From positions 17,998,365 through 18,062,364 of the forward strand of contig JAUZTB010000079.1 in assembly GCA_034780895.1 (NCBI GenBank): a stretch of DNA of 64,000 bases, read 5' to 3'. The notes beneath the pieces are model-generated. The model was not told the DNA's origin. It did no database searches and saw only the letters and a list, made by a program, of their open reading frames with translations. The translations under genes and the position numbers were made by a program. This DNA comes from Rhynchobatus australiae. Lineage: Eukaryota. This document shows positions 12,401 through 24,400 of the stretch, one piece after another; position 1 is the stretch's first letter; the number at the start of each line of letters is the position of its first letter.

Positions 12401-15400
12401 GTAGCATGCCCACTATACAACTTGGGACAGGGTACACGGGTATTGGTATACTGAGCAGGTCATCTAAAATAAAATGTTAAATCACACCCTCTTGCCCAAC
12501 TGTCACTACCATAATCCTTCAGATTCCATTTCAAACAGGTCTTTCATTGCAATAACTCACCGGTTATCATTGAGCTGCGTGTAACGAGGCTGGGGATCAG
12601 GGTCATTATTGTTCACATCATAACTGGCACCAGGATCCTAGAACAGGAAAAGAAAAGACTGCTTTAGTTGTCTTGTCCCTCAGCAAAAAAAGTTCCTCCA
12701 GTCGGACAAAGGACTGGACTTTGCTTGACTTCTGCTAGTACTCAAGACAACTAATTTATCAGAGAGATCAAATGAGATGGAATTTTTGGGAGGTACTTGC
12801 TTGGACTTGTATGTCAGTTGCACAACTCCTCCCTAGGTCTGGCAATCAATAATGCCACTAGATCTCTTTGCAAAAGGGGACAGGTAAATCAGAGGAGAGG
12901 GGGGAGAATATTCTCATTCAACTAATCTGATATTTAAATCTATTGTCTTCAATGTGAAATTTGACAGCAATTTTAATAGTGGAATATTTGCCTCTGTAGG
13001 GACGAAAGAAACTGAATTTTCTCCATGTTTTTGTACGACTCTGATGTGCTCTGCCCTTGAGCTGTATGGAGTTGGTTAATTAGTTACTGCAAATTACCCC
13101 TAATATATGCAAACCAGCAAGTTGAAGGGCATGTAAAAGAGAACAGGTTACAGTGAAGCACGCTGGGAAATGGATTGCTCGGAGCCTGTTTAGACAGTGT
13201 GCCAAATGGCCCATCTTGTAAGAGACTACGAGAAAAAGTATGAACTTTGTGGATTATTTCTTGTTGCATTAGAGATATTGTACGTGACTGATCTGTTCAT
13301 TGGTTTATGGTCAACAAGTGAAGCTCAGTTTTTATGTTGGAAATGCTTGTATTTTTCCCTTAGCTGTGGTCTGGGAACATTAGGGAATGCTTTTCCCCCA
13401 CAAACCAGGAATCTAGTTCAGTTGCATTCCTTCTTAAGTGATCACTGGAATCATGCTGCATTGAGAATTGAATATGTCTACTTACATAATTAACTTCTAA
13501 ATCTGGGTGATTCTTCTCAATTCCATCATCCAGAATGGAGACGACCACACCCTTCCCTGTATAACCTTGCTTCCAGGCGTCTTGCACATTTAGGTCCCGA
13601 TGATTCGAATTATGCTAATTAAAACAGAGCAATACAAAGCTTTACCATCAGCTTTGATTGTGCACAAAATAAATGAAGCCTTTTTGCCTTAGCTTTGCCA
13701 TTTCAATAACGATGCTCCGATTTCTTGTTGCATCTTTAGACTCCTTTGAAAAGTTCCTTAGTAGCTGAAGATTTAGCACCAGTATAACCACTTCAGCATC
13801 GTACAGTAAAACACCAATCATCTGGCAGCTGATTGTTCAGAAGTCTTGATAAACTGAGATCTGGCTCACTGATTAGTTTGGCATTTAAACTGAAGATCCA
13901 GGGTGTGCAGACAGAGCTGGGGGTTTAGAGTGCAGCCAGGACCCACATTGTGGGCCAGTATGCAGATGAAATTGTGGCTGAGGTCTGGAACTCCAGGTAA
14001 CAGGTAAACATGAGTTAGTCTGCTGCCAGACCTAGGGTCTGGAGAGCTTGGATATTTACCACTCCACTTTAACTAATGAGGTCCGTTGGAAAATTCATTT
14101 ATTGTATACCATGCGAGAAAAGTGAAATAGAAGTGTGCTTCGGTATTAAGGGGAGTAATATCCAATAATCCGGAAAATCTGCTGGTCCAGCACCAAAGCT
14201 CCAAGAGTGCCGCATTATCTAGATTTCACTGGCTACTTTATTATCTACACTAACTTTATCCAACTCAAATTCCATACAGAGCACTCAAGGTTTATTGCTT
14301 CCTTAGTGGAACACTAGAAACTTGACCAATAGCTTCCTGGATACATTACTAGAGAAATGTTGCCTATCTGGTACCTTGTGCAGGTGGGGTATTTCAATGG
14401 CAAACAATAAACACATTGCACTTAAAAACCAAATGGGTCAAAGCCAATCCAAAAAAAATCAACAAAACAATTGGGAACCAATGGCTGCAATAGGTTTAGT
14501 CTTGAAAGTGTTTTTTAAGACCATGTTGTGTTGCATCTCTAAACTGCCAAGGAGCCAATCTATGTACCATGCACAAAACAGACCAATAAAAACTTTTAAA
14601 AAAAGACACCAGTCCTCATCGATCGCACTCCTGCTGGGTCTGTGAACTGGAAAACTATTTACAAGGTCAAGGTTTACCGAATTCTTAGTAAAATATTCAT
14701 TAACATGGGAAGATTCAGGGACCGGGCTTGTAAACTGACGGATGGATATCAAAAATTACCTATGAGTAGAGATAAAGAGATGGTTAAATTTTTGAAGAGA
14801 GTGTTATTTGTCTCTGCAGGTGTGCCTGACAGGGGTAGGACGAATAAAAACTTCAAAGCTCACAAAAGGAATCAATGTTGGGCAGAAATGTAATGCTTGG
14901 GAGAGCTACAAGTGATCTGCTAATTCATATTCCATTATCAGGAACATAGCAGCAGTCCATCCAAGCCCTTCAAGCCAGCACGGCCATTCAATTACAACAT
15001 GGCTGCTCTGTAACAAAGCCAATTTATTCACTTTTTGGGATTGCTGGCAGACACCGAGTTGATTGCCTGCCCCCAACTTCCGTTGAGTTACCTTCTTGCA
15101 GTTCTTCCCTAGCTTCATACCCCTGCCCATCTGTCAATGTCAGTTCTACAATTTTCAATTGCTCCCCAGTGCCACGCCACCCTCACATACTTCATTCGGA
15201 GGTGGGGGTGGTGCTGCAGGAAGAATTTCAAAACCATTTGAATGAAGCAGTTTTGACTTCTCTCTCCAAGGGCTGGCTCTAAATTTTAACATCAATCACT
15301 GGAATGATTAAAATTAAGATCTCTTTTCTAGTAACCTCTGAAGACAGGATTGAGGGTTGAAGCTTCAACTTAATTCACACATCAAACCCACCTTTCCTCA

Positions 15401-18400
15401 ACACAAAATAAATTTTTCAAGCTCATCTGCATTTTTTGCCATAATATCCTTGCCTTAGAACTTGCTCTACAACTTCTATTCTTCTTAAACTTTAAGTCTA
15501 ATTTTCCTTTCAACACTGATATTCCTTTACCTGGAAGCCTTCACTACAGTGATCCAAAAGTCTAACCCAAGGAAGATAGGCCACTGTAGCACTGCTAGTG
15601 AACATTTGCGGACCGAGCAGAATATCTTCACTGCTCATCTAAAATGGCAAAACACTTTCGAATTCACAATGGCTACCTTACTAACCCAAGTCAGCAGAAG
15701 ACCCACAGCTCTGTGTCGAACCCAAATCACATTTTCTAAATTAGACAAGTCTGGGCCGGCTAGTGGAATTTTGGGTTCCAATGTTTGCTGCCTCTTAGTT
15801 TTCTCCTTTAACCATTCCTTGAATTTCTCAACAATTCTGTACAAAACTCTTCTTTCATATTTGAGCATGATTTGCTGTCCTCCTTCCTTATGGGGCAGGA
15901 GGAAGTTCTGCACTTCCATTCTAGCACATCGGTTCGGTCCAGTACACAGATTACTGCTTACCAGGTACCACTGCAGTGAAAACTTGGGGTCATTTGGTTC
16001 TGTGTAAATATCCCGCTTTGTTCTTCTTTTTACTACTTGTTGTTCCAGCCATTTGACCTGTTTACAAAGATAAAATAGCAGCTTACAGAAAAAGCAATCC
16101 AGTAAACTATTCATCTCTAAAGTACATTGCAAATGAGTAATTGTTTAACTGGATGTTAAAAACATCTGGTGCACAAATTGAATGGGAAGGAAAGGGTGGT
16201 GGATTTTGGATTCTGTTCAAAGAACTCCACCTATATTTGAAAAGTTTACAAATAATGCCTTTGTCTTTGAGATACAAAATGGTTCAAAACTATTTGGCTT
16301 AATGGAAACTCAGCTTTTCATACTTCCTTTCAAGAATACTACATATTTAGGCATTTATTTTAACTAGAGGGACAATTTTGGTCACATCAGTTAAATTGGA
16401 ACTAGCAGACATGAAAGACATACCAATAATAAGCTCACAGGCCCATAACCAAGACCGCTGAATTGAAAGAAAGTTTCAATTTATCAGTACTTGAGCCCTC
16501 TTGACGCTTAACTTCAAAATTAATTTCTTAACAAAATAATCGAGAGGACAAGAAGCAACACTCATTTGATCCTTTATTATAAGTCATTTAAAACTAGCCA
16601 GTTACACAATCTACTATGCTCACCAAGAGTTCTGACCAAGTTGCTGCATGTTTAAAAAGTCTGTTCTGAGATAAGCCCGAATTTAAGACGGCGAGCTATG
16701 TTCAATGAAAATTATGCAAGCACTGTGGTGCACAAGATCTAATCTAGTAAGCAGTTTGTCCATCCATTAAGCAGTTTGTTAATTCACAGCCGCCACCCAG
16801 CCACAGATGGCATCATCCCGATGGCATGTACTCCACTTGCGAACAGTTCCACGTCAATCTCTTTAGAGTCTAACACATGGGCTACTGTAACATTGTTAGC
16901 GAACATTTGTGTACCAAGGAGAATATCTTCACTGCTCTTCCAAAATGAGAAGTAATTTTCAAATTCACGATAGCCACCTCCCTAACACAAGTCAGCAGAA
17001 GAACCACAGCTCTACATGTCACCTAAATCATATATTCTAAATGACAGAAGTATAGGCTGGCTGGTAGAATTTTTGGCTCAGGAGTTTTCTGCACCATTGC
17101 TTGAGTTTCTCAACAATTCTGTACAACTCTTCCTTCAGATTTGAGCATGTCTTGCTGTCCTCCTTCCTCATGGTTCTGAAGCCAATGTTATAAATTGATG
17201 AACAAATACAAGATAAATACATTTTAATTAAACTAGAAAATGCTGAAAATAAACAGCAGTCAAACAGCAGCTGTGGAAAGGAAATCAGTTAATGTTTCAG
17301 GGCGATGATGTATCAGAAGTAGAAAGATTTACAAGTAATTAAATTATAGAGAAGGGGAGGGAGTGACATGAACAAAGGGAATGTCTGTGATTGAGTGGAG
17401 ACCTGTGACTGGATAAGAGGTAATGGATTGGCTGAGTAGGGATGAAGGCTTGTTGATCAAAGCTGACCTATCTGAAGGAGGTGCAAATAGAAAGAAAACA
17501 GGAGAGACAGCTACTTGTGTCATTCCTGCAGANNNNNNNNNNTCCATCATTCCTCTTCACTAACCTGCAATACTTCATTTGTTTTTCTAATGTAAGATCA
17601 ACCCGCAACATTAACTGTCTCACCTGAAGCAATTATTTTTTCACCATGTGCAGTTTTCCTTTGATAAATAATTGCATAAACACTGAACCAGAAGTTTTTC
17701 ACTCCTACTCAAACAATGAAATCATCAGGTTTGTTCAGAAGCCATTCAGTCACATGTAACACCACCACCTAGAAGTTGCCCTTCAAGCCACACACCATCT
17801 TGACTGGGAAATAAATAGCCCTTCCTCACCATCAATGGGTCAAAACTGGAACCGAGTCCCTCAAAACATTGTGGGTATTCTCGCACTTCAAGGACTGCAG
17901 CAGTTCAAGGTGATAACTCACCACCTTCTCAAGGGCAACTAGGGATGGGCAATTAAATGCTGACTCAATCTGCAAAGCCCACATCTCTTGAATGAATATA
18001 TAAGATAAAACATTATTCAGATGACACATTACTAAAGAGATTATTACAGATACTTTATCACTTGAAGCCCCAGCACAAAAAGTGAATCTTTCACTCCTCC
18101 TCCCACCTTCAGTGGAAAATGATGTGCTGTTGATGCTGATATCAAAAACGTAGGTCTCCCTCAACCCAAATAGCAGCTATCTGCAGGGTCTGATATCAAC
18201 CTGAAGTGAAGAGATTAGAGGGTGGGAAAATGGTCCAACATGGAACTGGATAATCAGCTGTTTTTAATGATGGTCTTGGCAATTTTGAGAAATAAAAATC
18301 TGAATGTTTTAGTTACAGTGAAAGCCTGAGAGAGATTGGGCCATGCACTAATACAGTGCCCCTTTTAGAAAAGTAAATTTATACCTCCTTCTGGATTGAG

Positions 18401-21400
18401 ACAGGAGCTGCAAGTCTACAAACCAAAAATTTTAACTCTGAAATATTCCTCCCCTTGTTATAGAGAACTTCATTTAATATCTACAATATATTTATTAGGT
18501 CCACAAAAGCAGTAATAAAATTAAATTTGAAGATGTGGGCTGAAAAACTGATAGTGAGAACCAGGTTAACTTAGAATCACTCGGATGGAATGTCAGCTAT
18601 TAATAAAAGCTAATACATCATTTTTCTTTTACCACAATTACACTTAAAGCTTCACAGTTTGATCTCACGGTCCCTGCTCATTTAAGCTTACAACAGATAG
18701 AAGTTTCATTTTCCACTGATTAAATTTTTTAATGATCATGCACTGTAAATTGATGTTGAAGTGTATGAAAAATCAAAAGTTCCATCATTGGTCCCTAAAT
18801 CTGGAAAGCAGTGGATAATGTGGTATATTGGACCAGAATCTTTTGATTCTGGTCACGTGTAGTAGTTAACGAGCATGGTGTTGGGAGATGAAACAGGACT
18901 GTGAACTGAATGCACAAGCTCCATTCCATTGGTGCAAAAGAAATGGTATCCACTCATTTAACATTTCATTGATTCAGCTAAAATATATAAATGCAGGAGA
19001 ACTTTCAACTTATCCTCTACCTTTTTGAAGAGCAAAATTAGCTTGAGTCTCATAATTGCCTGGGCCAAACCCTGCTTGCTATTATTTACTCCTGTGCCAT
19101 GCTTCCTAGTTTCCATTCACACTCTGGCATTAGGGTCCATTGTATCTTGTGGCCACTCTCACCTGCAACTCTGATTATGGACCCAGGTCCAGATTTCACT
19201 TGAAATTGGACTTCAGGACAGTAGCTAGTAAATAACAACACTACTTCAGAATGGAGAAATGCTACACCTAATACACAACGGAAAATAATACACTTTGCAA
19301 TATTAAAAGTCCACAACTGGTTGACCACTTGTGTGATGTTAACAATTTGGAATTTCTTTTCTATAAATGTGACACTGTTGGGAGACAGATTCATGATCCC
19401 TCCTGGTTGCACAGATCTAACTCATCCTCACCAGATGGAGTCCGACCAACTTTTCCTGCCCAAGTACCTTTCTTGCTGTCCACATTCCAATAGGAATGTT
19501 TAAGAGTTCACCTTGAAACAGACTGTTCTTTCTTTGTTTTGACAGATGGCATTGTCTGCTTTCAGAGTTTGTTCTTCTCCCTTTATCACTTCCAACTGAT
19601 CACAAGTCTAGTAAGCTTTGTAAACCCATTATGGGCTTCTGCCATTGAAGTATTACTTGATAAATAATCATCACTGCCAGTACAATAAAATTAAGTCTAC
19701 AAAGAAATCTAATCAGCATGAATAAATAACAAAAGACCAATTGTTGGAGAAAACTGTAAGTACCGCAATGAATGGCCTGTCTCACTGCTGACTACATTCT
19801 GCAGTCAAAATAAAAATATTTCCATCGAAGATAGAAGAGTCTCCTCCATGTCCTTCCCAGCCAAGTTAGAATGCAAACTTGGCTTTATTAAATGAAAAAA
19901 GCAGTTAGCTTCTATCATTGTTTTTCTGCCACAGACAGATTAATTCTCACAAGAACAAATAAGTTTGAATAGTGTCTGTAAAAAGATGCTAAACACCTGT
20001 TCACTGACCATGTGTCTTTATGCCATGGAATAATCTTTATGACAGTGCCTTAAATGCTTCACGATCATCTGAGGTGGCAAAGGTGAAGTCTTGTCTTGAA
20101 ATAGCAGGCAGCCAACGGAAGGCCCATCTTGGCAAAGGAACTGTAGTTCATGTCAAAACTTATTGATGGTCTGACACCCAAAATCTCTGCATTTGCTCAT
20201 TACATACGCATTATAGCAGCCAACATTTGTCCTAATACCTTCTTCCAACAGCAACCAGCTGTTTGGAAGAAAATGCGGCATTGGTTTGGGTTTCAAGTGC
20301 TACTTATAGAACCTCAACACTTCATATTCACCTGCTGCTGAACTTCAAGCACACAGCAGATTAAGACACATGCGTAGGATCACTTGTTCTGGAAATTCTG
20401 ATGACCCTAAGTGGTACTGATCTACTAAACTGGCCAGCTTATGGTGAAGGTAATTGTTGGGGATATAAGGAGTTGGTCCAATAATGAGTGAAAGGAGGTT
20501 ATGAAACCAGACAGAAGGGTGAGCTGCAACCTTCTTCCCCCTGTGGGTGCAGGATGGAAGACCTCCAGAGTCCTGAGCCATTCCTCATTCTGCCCTTGGG
20601 TGCAGCCTTGTAGAAGTGGATGCAAGGAACCCATGCATACTAACTCACCAAAAGTGCATCTAATCATTGCAAGTAGAAAACCTGCAGATGCTTGGTTCAA
20701 CACCCTCAAATTCAAATTATGGCAATTTGCAATCAATCTAAACTGCAAGGTTTCAAATACACTCACTCCAGTTTGACTATTTGCAGATTTGCGAACTCAT
20801 TAGGTCCCAGGCCCTCTCAAACAATCATTGTCTTTATAAATGTAGTGTTCTATTTCCATACCACTTGGTCAAGTGGCTCCCCACTGTCACAGAGTCTTTG
20901 TTTACACATTTGTGCCTTTTAGTTTCAGTACATTTAACAGCAGTAGTTTGTTAGCCAATCGTTTTCAGTTATTTAAATATTTTTAATATGTTTATTGATG
21001 AGTGTTAATACTTCTGGATTATAGGGCATTTGTGTGTTTATTTGGAAAGTGCATTGAGTACAAAGATGAGAGGCTGGCAGTATCCATGTCTTTTGATATC
21101 CTTGGCAAGTCTGTGCCCCTATTCCATATGGAAACTGGGGATTCAGTGTATCCTTAACTTGCAAACCCAATTTATAACCATTTTACCTTTGGTCAAAGTA
21201 GTCTCCTTGTGGAATGGACTACACAAGTTCAATCCAAACCATCTGTAACCATGCAGTCTTTTAGCATTGGGTTATCAGCCCTTTGTAACTGGAACAGAAT
21301 TCAGGAATTGAAGACTGAACACCACAATTTACTGTTTACTCTGAATGCTTCATGTGAGCAAGGAATTTCATTGCACCCTGGTGTATATGACAATAAATTC

Positions 21401-24400
21401 ATCTGAATCAATATTATTCAAAAGAATGAATAATCCAGAAGAAAAAAATCAAAAACATCAGCAATTGATTTTCTTTAAATACTTGCTTATTAAATCTTAA
21501 ATATTAAAGATGGGGAAAGATAAGACCGTGTCTGTGCAATGCTATTGGAGGCAAGGGGCTGTGATTGAATCTTGCTGAAACAATTGTGTGTGGGGGAGAA
21601 AAATAAACCACTTCAACGTGAGTTAATCAAACCACTTCAAGATGAGAAGTTGCATGCATATAGTAATCCATCAATTATGAGAATCACTAATAACTTCATT
21701 TTACCCCACCCACCATGAAAATAGTCTCATCACACGGAGCTGGATTACAACATGCCTCACGACACCACCTCTGGGGGAAGGTTTGCACTCTGACACTTTC
21801 TCTATTTAACTCCGACTTTGACACGGTCTCTATTTTAGCCTGACTAAAATCAGCATACTTAATCTGGTTCACAGCTGGTTTTACTAATCTGTTTATTTTA
21901 ATTAAAAAGAGAATACACAATGACAAAACGACTGCAAATGACAGGACATAATGAACATACTCCGCTTTCACATTTATTAGCAAACGGTGGATTAACAACA
22001 GAGCAAAGGCAAGCCTTGCTCTTTTTGCATGCAAATCTCAGGTCGAATGTTTGGTGTGCATTGTTTGCCTCTGCCAGCTGCATCCTGCTGGTATGCTAAT
22101 AAAGAAATAAATCTACTGCCTTTGTGCTTCAAATTCAACCCATCCCTCTTGTTTCCTTGAATGACTTATTTACCTCACCATCTAATTGCATGGGGATGCA
22201 AAATCAATTACTGCTAAATACTGAAGGGCATAGTTTCCCAGAAAAGGAAAACAGAAAATATTCAGGAGACCTGAAATCACCACCTCTCCCGGCTTACAGT
22301 TCCAAGGGCCATCTTCACCAAGTAGCAATTATTCAGAAGTGGTGACACAACCTAATCCTACATAGAATGTGTCATAGCCGAACTCAAACCTCTTCTCACA
22401 AATTCCACATGCACACTGTGCAGCAAGGTAAACAGTAGTGCTTTTCCTGATAATTTCTCCTCAACCAAACATCAACAGTAGTAGCACCCAGCTGCTGTGC
22501 CTGTGGGGATCAGTTCACCCACTGAAGAATGAGAATGGAACCTAGCAGTGAAAACAGAAAATGGTGGATGTTCTCAGCAGACGTGGAGAGAGAGAAAAAC
22601 AGTTGAAAATCTGGAAATCTGAAAAAACTGCTGTGAAGTACCCAGCAGGTCAGGCAATGTCAATGGAGAGAGAAACAGAATTAAGTTGATGAACTTCATT
22701 AAAAATCCAATAGTGGAAATGCATGCAAGCACTGGAAGTGTAACACCTACCTTTTTACCTCTTCAATTCCCACCATCCAGAGATTGAAACAGTCCTTGGA
22801 GGTGAAGCTCCTTTACTTACACTTCCATTTTCCTTTATTGAATGTGGTACTCATCATGTGGTCTCCTCTACATTTGATGAGCCAAACACTGGCTGAGTGA
22901 CCAGTTTACAGAATACTGCTGTTCAGTTTGCAAGCTTCCAGTTGCCAGTCTCTATCCCACACTGCCTTCCTGTATTGTTCCAGTAAAGGCCTACATAAGC
23001 TTAAGGAACAGGACCTCCTCTTTTGACTGGGCACTTCAGTCTTCAGGACTCAGAGTTCAATAATTTCAGTTAACAGAGCAAAGACAGACAGTGAATGTGC
23101 AGTGGGGAATTAAAGTGACAGGCAACTGAACATTTGGGCATTTTGCAAGATGGTCAGCCAACCTACATTTGCTTTCTCCAATGCAAGTGAATTGCTGCTT
23201 CACCATACAGCATCTGGGTTCCTGGAAGGTGGGTAGGAAAGAGGCAAAAAGGCATATTTGCATCAGCTTCCTAATTCTACCATTATTCTAATTTAAGATA
23301 CTGAAAGATTCAAAGAATCATCACCTCTCATGCAGAGCATTGTCAAGAAAACAATGCAATGAGACACATTTCAATTTTGAAATGGATAAAAGATTTAACC
23401 ACACATCATTAATCGAAGCAAATGGTACATTACAAGTCTTTGTGTCAGTTACTCCTAACCTGCTGACAGCATTATTCACTGCAGTCTGAATGCCACTAGG
23501 GCATAGCTGGTTCAAAGAAATTCTTACAACAGTCACTTAATCCGACTACAGAATAACAGAATCCATCCAAGAAATAAATAACTAGCTCTACACCTGGAGT
23601 TGTTAACACTGCATTGCCAAGCATTTCAAAGTAACTGGGCATCAAGTGGATTGAAGTGAGAACATAGGGCTCTAAGTCCACCTATATTGTTGTCGGCTCA
23701 AGCTCACAAAGCTATAGTCTGCAGCTGAAATGTGCAAGTAGAACTTCAGTCACCTTGGACTCTGTCAATTCAGCTGAACAAAATGTGTTTTAGAGCACAG
23801 AGGTGAAGTATGATGAACATTAAAGTTATGGTTTGGGGTTTTATCCTAATTTCTAATGAAATGCAAAGGATTAACATGGTGCAATTTAAGAGTGAAAATG
23901 TGTGATAACACCAGCCCCCATTCTACCCTTGCTGGTTCTCCAAGTCACACACCATCCTGACTTGGAAATGCATGCCATTCTTTTATTGTTGCTAATTTCA
24001 GCAGAGTGGGAGTACCTTGCCTAGGAAAGCTGCAGCTGTTCAAGGTGGCTCAGCACCACCTTGTAAAGGCAATTACATATGGTTGATAAAGCCTGGCCTT
24101 GCCTGAGGCCCACATCCTGAAAAACAGGAAAAGATTTTTACCATCTACCTCATGCGCATACACATTCGATGGAAACACAGTTTAGCTAGTTTCCCAGTTG
24201 AAATGTTTTCAATATTTTTTTGAACATATAGGAACTGAATTATAGCAAACAAGTTCCAACCACCCAAACTATCATGGAAGTGTTAGAGCAAGCAAATTCA
24301 ATTATACATGATTTAAATGATTCAGGAACAGTTACCAATTCAGAGGTATGTTGAAACCAAAACATATTTACTCAAAATACTTTGGTAGGAATATTCTGGT

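Noticed and set aside
15549-16007. 152-aa plus-strand ORF
   Set aside because: Antisense to exon 4 and repeat copy A; no recognisable domain or splice context.
16780-16985. Protein-like minus frame ([27 protein letters not shown]...) in repeat copy B
   Set aside because: The same frame has a stop in copy A and I recognise no family. BLASTX would settle it.
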